Notes: generated by a model from the sequence alone, not told the origin. Positions 38,790 through 50,294 are shown, counted from the whole stretch's first letter. The stretch is 61,871 nucleotides of DNA, filler included, from Theionarchaea archaeon (GCA_018992565.1; 4 parts of 4 records of this genome joined end to end with filler, not necessarily neighbours in it); one strand, 5' to 3'. Made by a program: numbers and translations.

Positions 38790-41039
38790 TCAGCACTCTG
38801 AATATCCACAGGACCTGCACTTCAAGCATCCTTCCTGCATTTCAAGCATGGCGCCACACTCAGGGCACTCAGGGCATCGTCCCCACAATCCCTCACTGAG
38901 CTGATCGAGGCTGAGCTGGACGGAACTCGCTCCGTTATGGATGTACCGCTGGATTGCAATCTGAATGGCATCGGCGCAGGAGAGTACCTTCTCCCCGTTA
39001 TGAAAGGCTGGCTTGGGACATCTGATTCCTTTCAATTGCTTCATCACAGACTCAGTCCCCACACCCGCCCGCAGAGCAAGTGAGATAAGGCGCCCAATAG
39101 CTTCAGAGTGTGACGAAATGCATCCACCAGACTTTCCCATACGCGCAAACACCTCGCACAACCCATGTTCATCCTCATTAATAGTCACATACAGGCTACC
39201 ACATCCCGTGGTGATTTTCACAGTCCCTCCTACCGTCAGCTCAGGGCGTGGTCTCGGAGCTTTCTGCACTTCTTGTTCCCCTTCTTTCTCCTTCTTTGTA
39301 CCTCTGTTCAGGACTTGTGTTTCCCGTGAACCATCCCTGTATACTGTCACTCCCTTGCACCCAAGTTCGTAGGCCAGCTCAAAGACCCGGGCCACATCTT
39401 CTTCAGTTGCAGAATTCGGGAAGTTGACAGTCTTGGACACAGCATTGTCAGTGTGGTTCTGAAATGCTGCCTGCATTCTCACGTGCCATTCAGGAGAGAT
39501 ATCGTGGGCAGTGACAAACAACTCCTGCACGTCGGGGGGGACCTCTGTCCCCTGAAGACTTCCTGTCCTGGCTATTTCCTCTATGAGTTCTGCACTGTAG
39601 AACCCTCTTTCTCTGGCGATTTCTTCAAACAGGGGATTGACTTCCACCATTATTACATCGTTGAGGATATTCTTCCGCACGAATGAGACGGCAAACAAGG
39701 GCTCAATCCCCGAAGAGCAACCGGCAATGATGCTCAAAGAGCCAGTGGGGGCAATAGTCGTTCGGGAGGCATTGCGGATTGGTTCAGCGAACACAGAACG
39801 GGAAAAATTAGGGAATACTCCTCTCTTTTTTGCCAGTTCTATGGAGGCTTTTGTTGATTCCTGAGAAATGAACCTCATGACTTTTTCTCCGACTGCCAAT
39901 GCTGCCTGAGAATTATAAGGAATGCCCAGCATGATAAGCATATCCGCAAATCCCATGACTCCCAATCCGATCTTCCTGTTTCCCTTGGTCACGGTTTCCA
40001 TTTCAGGGAAAGGGAAGTTGTTCTTATCAATAACATTATCCAGAAAATGAACAGCTAGCCATACTGTTTCTTTCAGATGGTTAAAGTCGATTTTTCCTGC
40101 CTTCACCATTCCTGCCAGGTTGATTGAACCCAGATTGCATGATTCATAGGGGAGCAGTGGCTGCTCTCCACAGGGATTGGTGGATTCAATCTCCCCGATT
40201 TCTGGCGTGGGATTGTCTCTGTTTATCCTGTCAAGAAAGATGATTCCAGGCTCTCCATTCTTCCATGCCATCTTGACAATGAGCTCAAATACCTTTCGGG
40301 CCATGACTTTCCTAGTGACTTCTCCATTTCGAGGATTGACGAGTTCAAATTCTCCATCTGACTTCACTGCTTCCATGAATCGCTCGGTGATTCCCACGGA
40401 GATATTGAAGTTGTTTAGCGTGGCGTCATCCTCTTTGCATGTGATGAATTCAAGGATGTCAGGATGGTCTACATATAGAATGGCCATATTTGCTCCTCTA
40501 CGTGTTCCTCCCTGCTTCACTGCTTCAGTAGCTGCATCAAATACTTTCATGAATGACACAGGTCCTGATGCAATACCACCAGTGGAGTGGACCACGTCAT
40601 GTGCAGGCCTCAATCGAGAGAAGGAGAATCCAGTGCCCCCTCCGCTTTTATGGATGAGTGCAGTATATTTAATGGCCTGAAAGATAGATTCCATGGAATC
40701 TGCAATGGGCAGCACAAAGCACGCAGAAAGCTGCTGCAGGTCACGTCCTGCATTCATGAGCGTGGGGGAGTTGGGCAGAAATTCAAGGTTCGTCATCATG
40801 GTGTAAAACTTTTCTTCCAGAGCAGCATCATCTGCTTCAGGATCATAGAGTAAATCTGCTGACGCAACGTTGTGGGCTACTCTCCTGAATAATTCCTCAG
40901 GAGTCTCTACTACATTACCATGCTCGTCCTTTTTCAGGTAACGTTTTTCCAGCACGGTCAAGGAGTTGGAAGAGAGCTCGATCTGGTCTTCTAGGGAACG
41001 GTCAGAGATTGCACTATCTGCTTCACAGGCAGTGATCAT
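38790..41039 (-). CDS. nrdJ: Class II (adenosylcobalamin-dependent) ribonucleotide reductase
   Basis: [43 protein letters not shown]-like domain and C-terminal zinc ribbon. Confidence 0.95.
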   Translation of the reverse strand: MITACEADSAISDRSLEDQIELSSNSLTVLEKRYLKKDEHGNVVETPEELFRRVAHNVASADLLYDPEADDAALEEKFYTMMTNLEFLPNSPTLMNAGRDLQQLSACFVLPIADSMESIFQAIKYTALIHKSGGGTGFSFSRLRPAHDVVHSTGGIASGPVSFMKVFDAATEAVKQGGTRRGANMAILYVDHPDILEFITCKEDDATLNNFNISVGITERFMEAVKSDGEFELVNPRNGEVTRKVMARKVFELIVKMAWKNGEPGIIFLDRINRDNPTPEIGEIESTNPCGEQPLLPYESCNLGSINLAGMVKAGKIDFNHLKETVWLAVHFLDNVIDKNNFPFPEMETVTKGNRKIGLGVMGFADMLIMLGIPYNSQAALAVGEKVMRFISQESTKASIELAKKRGVFPNFSRSVFAEPIRNASRTTIAPTGSLSIIAGCSSGIEPLFAVSFVRKNILNDVIMVEVNPLFEEIARERGFYSAELIEEIARTGSLQGTEVPPDVQELFVTAHDISPEWHVRMQAAFQNHTDNAVSKTVNFPNSATEEDVARVFELAYELGCKGVTVYRDGSRETQVLNRGTKKEKEGEQEVQKAPRPRPELTVGGTVKITTGCGSLYVTINEDEHGLCEVFARMGKSGGCISSHSEAIGRLISLALRAGVGTESVMKQLKGIRCPKPAFHNGEKVLSCADAIQIAIQRYIHNGASSVQLSLDQLSEGLWGRCPECPECGAMLEMQEGCLKCRSCGYSEC

Positions 41040-41750
41040 GCAACCCCTCCATCGGTGTCACAAACATAATCTTTCCTCCTTATGGTCTCTGCTCTTTATA
41101 CAGCACAGCTTCACCTAAGAGGAGACAATTATTTCCTCTACAGCAAATTAAGGAAATACTCACTATGCACGGAATCCTACTTTTGCTCCCTTCCTTTTAT
41201 AGTTTTCGGTTATGATAAGTAAATCTTTTTCGTCAAAGTCAGTACCTTCTCATGGTGCCATGAGAATAAAGAGGGCTGTGAGAAAAGAGGAATAGCTTCG
41301 GTGGAATGACCTCTTCAGTATGCGGTGTATATTTCGCACGTAGCTGTGGAAAGCTGAGGGCACGCTTACATGCATGAGGATTGCTGCGTTACAGAATCTG
41401 GATCAATGAAGAGTGGATTTTTGATTAAAGACTTGAATCGCGTTAATTTCCATATTAAGAAATATTAATGCGTATTAGAATCGATTGAAAGCGTTCTGTA
41501 GACTCTCAGGACGCTGTAGGACAACCATGCACTCAATATCAGTGCAAGGTAAACCGTGTCAATGAAACAGTTAAATAGGTGGATTTACAAGTAAGTATAC
41601 AGCTCCAACCTTTCCACTCTTTTTGATGGCCACTTATTCAAGTAAGACTTACCCTTAAGGAATGAAAAATCCATCATCTCTCACAAATCGCAAAAACGCT
41701 GACCGTCAAGGTCTCCCGCTACTAGGTCATTCATGAAATGCACAAAGGGA

Positions 41751-42140
41751 TTATCCAATGAAAGCGTCCAGGCGTTCCAGCACTTCATCTTTGGCCTCTT
41801 TCACCAGTTTTTCCATCTGCTCTTTGGAGACTTCTACATGCTCCAGCATTCGCCCTGCAACCACATTGAGCAGCGGCACGTTGACATCTTCTGAAGTTAT
41901 GACGCCTAGTACGTATGAGTCGTGAAAGAAAATGAAGAACCGGTCATTTCCCACGATGGACAGTTTTCTGACGTCTCCTTTCTTGTCACATATAACCTCA
42001 AGTAGATAGGAAATACTCTTGGATAGATATTTCACATCTTCGCCAAGCTCTACATCTACGTCAAGGATTTCTCCGTCCTTGGTGAGGAAAACACCCTTGA
42101 TTCCTCGAACATTCTTCCTCAAGAAGCTTATGTCAGGCAA
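41751..42140 (-). CDS. Roadblock/LC7-like protein
   Basis: VRGIKGVFLTKDGEIL...VLGVITSEDVNVPLL; GGAGGT RBS; TTG start. Confidence 0.65.
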   Translation of the reverse strand: MPDISFLRKNVRGIKGVFLTKDGEILDVDVELGEDVKYLSKSISYLLEVICDKKGDVRKLSIVGNDRFFIFFHDSYVLGVITSEDVNVPLLNVVAGRMLEHVEVSKEQMEKLVKEAKDEVLERLDAFIG

Positions 42141-42457
42141 CTCGATACCTCCCTGGGATATACTCTATTCAAGAAGGGTATATAAAAAAGTTTCGGTATC
42201 TATAGAGTTCCCTTCATTGTATATCTCAAGGTTGACAGGTAAGTGAGGAGAGCGCTCCTTCCCTGAGTGAACGAATGCTGGGCTGAAACATCCGGGTTTT
42301 GGGTACATGACTATCTCAATGTTGAGGTCAAGATGTTCTTTCACGTACGTGTATAGTATTTACAGTAGTATTTGTTTGTTATTATAGAAAAGGGCTGTGA
42401 ATACTTTTCCAATGCTCTATCTAAACGTATAAATGCCATAATTTCTCTTTCGGATCT

Positions 42458-43036
42458 ATGCATTATTTCGACGAGATTTCCCTGCGTCCCCAATTATACA
42501 TAGTGGAAGGTGATCCCTCTCTGCTCAAAGAATTCACAGCCTACCTTTTGGTGAAAAGGACACCTTCCCTCATTATAGATGGTGGAAACAAGTTTGATCC
42601 CTTCATTCTCTCATCCTTCTGCAAACAGCTAGACATGAATGCTATGGAACAGGTGTATGTTTCCAGGGCTTTTACCATATTCCAGTTGAAGATGTTGATT
42701 ACGAGTGCACTCCCTGCTTTCATACGGGAGAGTGCTCCTTCTGTGGTGGTGGTCTCCTTTTTCAGCGACCTTTTCCGCTCTGATGATGTAGAAGGGGAGA
42801 TAGCAACTATCTTATATAAAAAGCTCTTATTTAGATTAAAAGAAATAGTAAAGACATATTGTGTGCCTGTTGTGGTAACAGATCATAAGAATACTGTAAA
42901 AATCTTTGACTCTCGTGTTTCTTTCAAAATGAAGAGAAATGCAATGGTATTATCTATTGATCAACAGACATTCCAGGTGCCGTTTATCCACCCGTACCAG
43001 AAAACACTGGATCTCTGGAGGACTACCCATGGGTAG
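42458..43036 (+). CDS. Inactive RadA/RecA-like protein of the PolB2 cassette
   Basis: IDGGNKFDP and VSRAFTIFQL; no Walker A; C-terminal QKTLDLW. Confidence 0.8.
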   Translation: MHYFDEISLRPQLYIVEGDPSLLKEFTAYLLVKRTPSLIIDGGNKFDPFILSSFCKQLDMNAMEQVYVSRAFTIFQLKMLITSALPAFIRESAPSVVVVSFFSDLFRSDDVEGEIATILYKKLLFRLKEIVKTYCVPVVVTDHKNTVKIFDSRVSFKMKRNAMVLSIDQQTFQVPFIHPYQKTLDLWRTTHG

Positions 43037-43283
43037 AACAGCCCCAACCTACCGCATGCTTACAGAATCCGAAATACAGAAATGGAATACATTCAAAAGG
43101 GCATTGCGAAGGAAAGATCGAGAAGCATTTGATGAACTGATGAAAAAAGTGAGAGAACATGCCTCTGCTTCCAGCTACATGGCACCATTAGACGTATTTG
43201 ATGCCATGAGTCTAGCTATTTTACTGGAACATGAAAAGGAGATTACTGCACTAAAAAAGAAGGTTGAAAATGTTTCTGATTGA
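43029..43283 (+). CDS. Small PolB2-associated protein (arCOG07300-like)
   Basis: MGRTAPTYR...W..FKRALRRKDREAFD.L; located between the RadA-like gene and polB2. Confidence 0.8.
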   Translation: MGRTAPTYRMLTESEIQKWNTFKRALRRKDREAFDELMKKVREHASASSYMAPLDVFDAMSLAILLEHEKEITALKKKVENVSD

Positions 43284-45417
43284 CTGTTACCCAGATTATA
43301 GAGAAGCCTGTATGAAGATCTGGTACTATGATGGGAGATCCTTTCTTAAGAAAGAGAGATTTTCACCCTGGTTTTATGTACGAGCTGTAGAAAAAGAGAG
43401 AGAACATGCATTGCATCTCTATGTGGAAGATCTCCCTTCCGTTTCCTACACCCGCCGTGAAGTGAAGTCCATCTCTTTCACTAAGAAAGCTCCTGTAGTA
43501 AAGATAGTCCTCAACCAGTATACTGTACAGGAACTGGCAGCAGAGATTGATCGATTAGGAGGGTATGAACTCTATGAACTGTTCAATGTAGATATCAGTT
43601 TTCCTCAACGCTACTTTTTTGAAAGAGATTTGTTCCCCATGATGAACCTAGAGGAAGATTCTCCCTTTGCCGTTGAGTACGATATTCCTCCGCTAAAAGA
43701 GCTCTTCTTTGATGTAACAGTGCAGACGAAAGGTATTCACTCCTTTTCAGATCCTTTGACAGGGATTGTACTGCGGGATACTGAGGGTTCTTTCGAACTG
43801 GATGGTACAGAGGAGAGTATCCTCACTGATTTTGTGAAAACAGTACGCATTCTGGATCCCGACATTATATATTCACATGGGGGAGACGAGTTCGCAATTC
43901 CCTATCTGCTTCATCTGGGCCAAATCCACCGGGTTCCACTGGAGCTGGGGAGGGAGCCAGGCTGGTTCGGCAAGGAGGGGACATCCTATTTCTCGTATGG
44001 GCGGATCGTGTACAAGCCACCCCAGTATTTACTGAAGGGGAGAATACACATTGATACTAAGAGTTCCTTCCACTACAGAGAAGGAGGACTAGACGGATTG
44101 ATAGAACTCTCTCGAATGTCCCGAATACCTGTACAGCGACTGTCCCGATTATCTCCTGGAACAGCTATCTCTTCCATGCAGTTATACGAGGCATACAGGC
44201 GAAAGGTGTTAATCCCCTGGAGAAAGCAGACTCCTGAACAGTTCAAGACTGCTTTGCAGCTGGTAAAAGCAGATCGGGGGGGCCACATTTTTGAGCCACG
44301 GGTGGGCATTTATCCACATGTAGGAGAGGTGGACTTCAGTTCTCTGTATCCCAATATCATCAATGAGTTCAATATCTCTCCCGAGACTGTACTATGTACC
44401 TGTTGTCCTGATTCGGGAAGAAAGGTGCCTGTCCTGGGGTACAATATCTGCGAAAAGAGGCGAGGCTTCATACCCGATGTAGTAAAGCCATTGATTGTAA
44501 AAAAAGCGTTGTACAAAGGGAATCCTCATGTAAAAGGAAGAAGAACTTTATTAAAATGGGTACTGGTAACCTGTTTTGGTTATTTAGGGTATAGAAATGC
44601 TCGATTCGGTCGCATAGAATGTCATGAATCAGTCACAGCCTACGCCCGTGAGATACTGCTCACTTCCATGCATACAGCTGAAGAACTGGGATTTGAAGTC
44701 TTACATGGTATTGTGGATTCATTATGGGTGAAAAAAGAGGCACCCCGTAAAGATTTTGAGGAGCTCTGTACTGCGATTTCAGATAAGATTGGCATCCCTC
44801 TGGAACTCGAGGGGATGTACTCCTGGATTGTATTTTTACCCTCCCAGGCAGGTATTGGGTCATTAACCAGTTACTACGGCGTTATTGATGGAGAACTAAA
44901 AGCGAGAGGGATAGAACTGCGAAGGAGTGATCAGCCTCCTCTTCTCAAGCATATGCAGGAAGAGATGTTATCAACCCTGGCCCAGGCAGAGAGTGTACCT
45001 CACTTTTTCAGGTACCTCCCTGATGCTCTGGAAGTCGTTAACACCTATGTTGGTGGTGTATTACAGGGAGATGTACATCTGGAAGATCTGGTGATCTCCA
45101 TCGGTATCAGCCGTCATCTGGAGGAGTATAGGGTGACTAATCTATCTGTGGCTGCACTCAAAAAGTTGAAAAAGGAAGGGGTGGAACGTCATCCTGGTCA
45201 GACAGTGCGTTACATCATACGGGACTGGAAAGCCAGGAAAGCCACAAACAGAGTATCCATCCCTGAACTGATGGAAGATACTGAGTATGACAAGGAAAGA
45301 TATGCAGAACTGCTGCTGAGAGCAGGTCATCACATACTGTCTCCCTTCACCAGTGAAAGAAAACTCAGAGAGTACTGCAACAATGTGAATCAACTTACTC
45401 TAAGGGAATATCTATGA
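43270..45417 (+). CDS. polB2: Family B DNA polymerase, PolB2 group
   Basis: DFSSLYPNII, KWVLVTCFGYLGY, HGIVDS (variant of YGDTDS), degenerate exonuclease domain; C-terminal QLTLREY. Confidence 0.88.
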   Translation: MFLIDCYPDYREACMKIWYYDGRSFLKKERFSPWFYVRAVEKEREHALHLYVEDLPSVSYTRREVKSISFTKKAPVVKIVLNQYTVQELAAEIDRLGGYELYELFNVDISFPQRYFFERDLFPMMNLEEDSPFAVEYDIPPLKELFFDVTVQTKGIHSFSDPLTGIVLRDTEGSFELDGTEESILTDFVKTVRILDPDIIYSHGGDEFAIPYLLHLGQIHRVPLELGREPGWFGKEGTSYFSYGRIVYKPPQYLLKGRIHIDTKSSFHYREGGLDGLIELSRMSRIPVQRLSRLSPGTAISSMQLYEAYRRKVLIPWRKQTPEQFKTALQLVKADRGGHIFEPRVGIYPHVGEVDFSSLYPNIINEFNISPETVLCTCCPDSGRKVPVLGYNICEKRRGFIPDVVKPLIVKKALYKGNPHVKGRRTLLKWVLVTCFGYLGYRNARFGRIECHESVTAYAREILLTSMHTAEELGFEVLHGIVDSLWVKKEAPRKDFEELCTAISDKIGIPLELEGMYSWIVFLPSQAGIGSLTSYYGVIDGELKARGIELRRSDQPPLLKHMQEEMLSTLAQAESVPHFFRYLPDALEVVNTYVGGVLQGDVHLEDLVISIGISRHLEEYRVTNLSVAALKKLKKEGVERHPGQTVRYIIRDWKARKATNRVSIPELMEDTEYDKERYAELLLRAGHHILSPFTSERKLREYCNNVNQLTLREYL

Positions 45418-45863
45418 TAACAGAACATATTCGAGAGCATGGAATCCCCATATATGTAGAAAGAGAGTTCCACATAAAGCCCTACAGAGATCGCTCAGAT
45501 GTATGTTACTACGGCGATATCGTTGCCGTATACCAGAATGGCAGGCGCTGGTACATCGTAGGTATAGAGGTCAAGGACTGGAAAGCCCGTGTGGGCTCCA
45601 AGCTGGCAGCCCAGTACCTATCCGTGTATGGAGAGGTGTGCGAGTACTTCTACATTGCGGCTCGCAGATTCTCTCAAAGCCTCTTGAGAACTTCTCGTAT
45701 AGGACTGTTCTCCCTGGAGAGTATGAAAGTGATACGAAGATCACAGTATTTGTTCCCTGACGAGAGATTGAGGATCAGTGCTGTGAAAAGAATGAAAAAG
45801 GGTGGCCTTAATCCACGAGTGCTAGAATCACCATACCAGACTATGCTAGACGCATTCTTGTAA
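45414..45863 (+). CDS. PD-(D/E)xK nuclease-fold protein
   Basis: ERE...GDIVAV...GIEVK...QY pattern; ATGA-coupled to polB2; C-terminal QTMLDAF. Confidence 0.7.
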   Translation: MITEHIREHGIPIYVEREFHIKPYRDRSDVCYYGDIVAVYQNGRRWYIVGIEVKDWKARVGSKLAAQYLSVYGEVCEYFYIAARRFSQSLLRTSRIGLFSLESMKVIRRSQYLFPDERLRISAVKRMKKGGLNPRVLESPYQTMLDAFL

Positions 45864-45923
45864 CACGGCTCCTCAACTCTGACTGTCTCCACCACATACC
45901 ACCAGAACCAAAAAAAACAAAAG

Positions 45924-46367
45924 CTAATCTTTCACCACAAACTGAATTTGAGTTCCCCGTGCCGTCACCAGCTTAACTCGATTTCCTTCTAGGAAAGCTC
46001 CATCACCACCCTTTGAGCCTACCAGAGAAGTCAGGTCCACAAGGGTAACGGAATTACTGACTAGCTTGCATCCAATCGTACATGCTCTCAATTCCCCATC
46101 GACATAGACTGCATCAAGATATATGTTGGAAGGTTCATGGTTCCTGATATGAACGGTGAGATTGGTTCCGCTCAATCGCATGACTTCCAGAACCAAAGAT
46201 TCTGCACTTGTAGCCTCTTGAGTATTTTTTTGTGATATAAAACCAGAACTCCAGGCATAAACAATGACAGAGATAGCAACCGCAACCGCAATCATTAGGA
46301 CGACAGCTATGACTGGCGAAGTGCCTCTTTTTTCCGCTATCCATCTACAGGTAGTCAAACTCTTCAC
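45924..46367 (-). CDS. Archaeal type IV pilin-like protein
   Basis: Class III signal peptide KRG|TSPVIAVVLMIAVAVAISVIVYAW. Confidence 0.88.
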   Translation of the reverse strand: MKSLTTCRWIAEKRGTSPVIAVVLMIAVAVAISVIVYAWSSGFISQKNTQEATSAESLVLEVMRLSGTNLTVHIRNHEPSNIYLDAVYVDGELRACTIGCKLVSNSVTLVDLTSLVGSKGGDGAFLEGNRVKLVTARGTQIQFVVKD

Positions 46368-46778
46368 CTCAGGAATTACACTATGCCCTCAGCTCCTGAG
46401 TACTTAAAGATATCGTTTTGCTGCGAATTTCCCAGTAATGGAAGTATTGAAGTTTATGGCGTGATAATTATTAGTGTTCTTCTGAGATTTTTCCAAGGAC
46501 ACAAATATTCTTTCAGTAGAAATTCCAAGTGTGTCATAACCGTGGGTGTGCTGGACCAACCGTTTCCAGAAGTCTGAGAAAGGGAACAACCCAGAGAAAT
46601 GAGATGAGTTCATGACTCTGGAACATCTTTATGTTGTAGTCCCGCTTTTTTTTCAATAAGGAATCCTGTGCTATTGCAGATGACGCGACAGAACACCCGG
46701 ATTTGTGCAAAAAACAGACATTACGCATACTTTCTTATATCTCATATCAGCAAGAGGACGCTGAAAGGAGGAACTGAC

Positions 46779-47942
46779 ATGGCTGAGAGTATGAGAAGAT
46801 TTGGAAGTATTGTACTTATAGGTTTACCACTGCTTTTTCAGGTCCACTTCGTGGGATCACAACCTGTGATGGCTGTTGCCTGTGCAGCTTACCGATATTC
46901 TCCCCGATGGGTTGACCTACAGGCCGGGGTTCGCTGTTGTGGCGGGATTACTTTATGAACCTGATTCAATTGTTGATAGCCTTGATGGAACACAGACATT
47001 GACCTGGTTGAACATTGGTGCCATGAGCCCGGGTGACATACTTTCAGTGACTTTTGAAGCAGAAGTGGACCCCGGAAGAGTGGGAACCTTCATCAACAGG
47101 GCTATCGTCATTGGCACATCTGTCATTGGGGATGAGTCAGATGAAGATACCTCACCTGTGGGAGTAGCTGCTCCTGCAATTCATGTTATCAAATCAGTGG
47201 CTCCTTCTCCTCTGAATCCTGGCCAGAATGTCATATTCACTCTGACCATAACAAATACTGGAGAAGTCCCTCTGGACCCTGTTGAAGTTGTGGATGTTCT
47301 ATCTGTGGGATTGACCTACCAGGATGCAGCCAACATCCCCCCGGATCTCATGGCTGTTGGCCCAGGGGCGCGACTGCTTTGACTTGGGTGAATGTGGGTC
47401 CTCTCGATAGTGGAGAGACCCTAACCATCACCTTCGAAGCGTATGTGAACGGGGAGGAGTTACCTGCCCTGAATGAAGTCACGGTTACGGGGACACCTCC
47501 CAATGGGTCTCCAGTCTCTGATGAGGATTCTGCCCTGGTGACAAACCCAACTGGAACAGTGTACCAGCCACGGGTATCTCTGCAACCACTGGCATACGCA
47601 GGAATGATGGACTGCTACTCCAGGTATAAGGAACTCATAGAGAGGATCAGGGAGTCAGGAGTGGAAGTGGAGTGGCGCAGGGAAGCCCCCTGCTGTGAAA
47701 CCCTGGAGGATCTGGTGGAACAGCTTTTGAGAATGATACTTGACAAAGGTCTTGATAAGACGTATCCTGGAAAGTGGGCCAGAGTGCAGGAGCTCTTGCC
47801 TTACGTGGAACTGTGCTGCAGGCAACTTGAAGAGTACTTCTTTGCAGGAAACTATATTGCATCAAACTACTGGAGCAACCAGAGAGACAGAAATTACGAA
47901 GAACTCATTGAACTTCTCCTGGAGATTCTGGAAGAAGGCTGA
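46779..47942 (+). pseudogene. Frameshifted secreted DUF11-repeat protein
   Basis: Signal peptide from ATG 46779 (GGAGG RBS). Frame changes near 46875 and 47380 join the DUF11 repeats (TDILPDGLTY, KSVAP..PGQNVIFTLTITNTG, LTW.NVG.L). Confidence 0.65.
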
Positions 47943-48064
47943 TTCAGCCGGGATTCCTCCAGTCATTTCGGGAGGGGGTTCATCTCCTAGAGATTGCCTG
48001 GTCATCATGGACATACGTAAACATTTAAATAGGCGTATGCAAGGTGACCTCAGGAGGAACGATC

Positions 48065-49276
48065 ATGGTAGATTTCAAGCTTTCATTGGGAGAAGAAGAA
48101 CTCTTCAACAAGGCAAAAGAGTTCGCTCATGAACATATTACACCAGTCGCTGCTGATCTTGAAAAACAAGATGAGTACCCCATGGATGTGGTTCAAAAGG
48201 CCTACGAAGCGGGGCTGATGAATCTACATGTACCCAAGGAAGTGGGCGGTCAGGGACGCTCGTTACTGGAAGAGACACTGGTATCAGAGGCAACTGGTTA
48301 TGGATGTGCGGGATTGGCTACCTCCATCATGTGTAATAATCTGGCTTTTGCACCCATCCTGATTGGTGCCACTGCAGAACAGCTCAAGAAGTATGTTTCA
48401 CCCTTGATCACGGGGAAAAAGGTGCAGTTTGGAGCATTTTGCCTGACAGAAAGGGAATCTGGCTCTGATGCAGCATCCATCAAGACCACAGCCACAAAGG
48501 AGGGGGATGGATGGGTAATCAATGGAGCCAAGTGTTTTATCACTAATGCTCCGGTGGCTTCTCTGCACAGTGTTTTTGCCTCCACTGATCCTTCAAAAGG
48601 GTATAAGGGATTGGCCTGTTTTATGGTGCCTGCAGATCTGGAGGGAGTAGAAATCGGGTATACTGAGAAGAAGATGGGACAGAAAAACTCGGTGCAGTCG
48701 GAAGTCATTTTCACCGATGTACACATACCTGGAGATTGTCTGATTGGCAACATAGGAGACGGCTTCAAGATTGCCATGATGACCCTGGACAAGACCAGGG
48801 CCGGGATTGCTGCCATTGCCACTGGGGTTGCTCAGAGATGTGTGGATGAGGCTGCCAAGTTCAGTAACGTCCGTCGTCAATTTGGCAAGCCTATTGGAGC
48901 GAATCAGGGTATTTCTTTCATGTTGTCCGATATGGACTGCAGGACAGAAGCTGCTCGATGGTTAACTCGATATGCAGCCTGGCTAGCTGATAATGGAATC
49001 AGGAATAGCAAAGAGTCTGCTTTTGCCAAATATTTTGCTTCAGATGCAGCCATGCAGAATGCTGTAGAGTGTGTACAGATCATGGGCGGATACGGGTACT
49101 TGGAGGAATATCCTGCTGAAAAACTGATGCGGGATGCAAAGCTCTTGCAGATCTATGAGGGAACAAACCAAATACAGCGCATGGTGGCTTCAAGCGTGAT
49201 ATTGAAAGAGAACCCACCAGACAAGGATACAGGATTTAGATATCAATATGAAGGAAGAGATGCTCCACAGATATGA
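48065..49276 (+). CDS. Acyl-CoA dehydrogenase
   Basis: FCLTERESGSD, INGAKCFITN, RRQFGKPI, GGYGY, IYEGTNQIQR. Confidence 0.95.
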   Translation: MVDFKLSLGEEELFNKAKEFAHEHITPVAADLEKQDEYPMDVVQKAYEAGLMNLHVPKEVGGQGRSLLEETLVSEATGYGCAGLATSIMCNNLAFAPILIGATAEQLKKYVSPLITGKKVQFGAFCLTERESGSDAASIKTTATKEGDGWVINGAKCFITNAPVASLHSVFASTDPSKGYKGLACFMVPADLEGVEIGYTEKKMGQKNSVQSEVIFTDVHIPGDCLIGNIGDGFKIAMMTLDKTRAGIAAIATGVAQRCVDEAAKFSNVRRQFGKPIGANQGISFMLSDMDCRTEAARWLTRYAAWLADNGIRNSKESAFAKYFASDAAMQNAVECVQIMGGYGYLEEYPAEKLMRDAKLLQIYEGTNQIQRMVASSVILKENPPDKDTGFRYQYEGRDAPQI

Positions 49277-49481
49277 TTCTCTTCTTTATTATTTTCTTCT
49301 TTGTTGCCCTAGTCAGTGAGTCGATGCTGTCCCTATTGAACAGGTTCCCTTTCGAACTCTCTCTACGTGCTCTGCTTCTTCTTTCATCTGCCTGATTCTC
49401 TTCTCGAAAGTTCTCACGTTCATTGCCAATGTCACCCATCATGCCAGAGTACAAGGTCTTCTCTGGTCTATATTCTACCAT
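49236..49481 (-). CDS. Small charged hypothetical protein
   Basis: GGTGA RBS before ATG; same strand as the upstream gene; overlaps the acyl-CoA dehydrogenase 3' end. Confidence 0.35.
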   Translation of the reverse strand: MVEYRPEKTLYSGMMGDIGNERENFREENQADERRSRARRESSKGNLFNRDSIDSLTRATKKKIIKKRIISVEHLFLHIDI

Positions 49482-49508
49482 GAACAGCTCACCACGTCTT
49501 CTGACCCA

Positions 49509-50294
49509 CTATTGAGAACGTTCCAGTTTTTTCAGTTCCTTTTTATATTCATCTCTAGAGACTTCTCCATATACGAACCTGGCCTTTAATTCTCGTATTT
49601 TCTCTGCTTTTTGAGATTCTTTCGATTCGGAACTCTCTGGTGCTCCTGACATCTTCTTCCTGTACAGGAAATACCCTATTACCAGTGTAGCTGCCGCAAC
49701 ACCCAGCAATACCATGATTGAAAACCGAGTCCTGGTCACCTCTCTCTGCGTCTGTTCCACATGCCAGTCCTGGCAGAGCCAGTCCATCCCGAACTTGAGT
49801 AGACTATCAACATCAAATAACAAACTGACTGCCTGGAATGTGAGAGGATCGTATCCCACTGCTAGTATTCTACCTTTTCCTTGCTGAGAAATGGAGATTC
49901 TCTTCTTCAACTCATCTATTTTATCTTCTGGCAGAAATGGGAAGACAATGTTGCTATCTGCTTCAGCAGCTCTTTCCAACTGGTACGCGGAGAGTACATC
50001 CTCTATATTATCGTGTGTCATGGCATTATAGAGGATCAGGAGACCTCCTCCTGCCTCTAGAAAGTCCAGGATTACTCCTTTTTCCTGGTCTGATGGTTCA
50101 GTGAGGCATAGTACAAGGACATCGTATCGAGAGAGCGTTTTTTCATCGATGCTCTCAATGTACTTTACGGTGTATCCCTCTTGCTCCAAGGAGGTGATAT
50201 TTCCCTCGAATTCCTTTTCCCCATACCATGCTATTCTCCCTTGAGACGAGGCCAGCATTACAAGCACGGAAAGGGCCAAGACCGATTTCTTCAT
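49509..50294 (-). CDS. Exported membrane-anchored protein (GATase-like fold) with C-terminal SHOCT-like domain
   Basis: Signal peptide, LSRYDVLVL..FLEAGGGLLI, a TM helix, then LKARFVYGEVSRDEY. Confidence 0.75.
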   Translation of the reverse strand: MKKSVLALSVLVMLASSQGRIAWYGEKEFEGNITSLEQEGYTVKYIESIDEKTLSRYDVLVLCLTEPSDQEKGVILDFLEAGGGLLILYNAMTHDNIEDVLSAYQLERAAEADSNIVFPFLPEDKIDELKKRISISQQGKGRILAVGYDPLTFQAVSLLFDVDSLLKFGMDWLCQDWHVEQTQREVTRTRFSIMVLLGVAAATLVIGYFLYRKKMSGAPESSESKESQKAEKIRELKARFVYGEVSRDEYKKELKKLERSQ

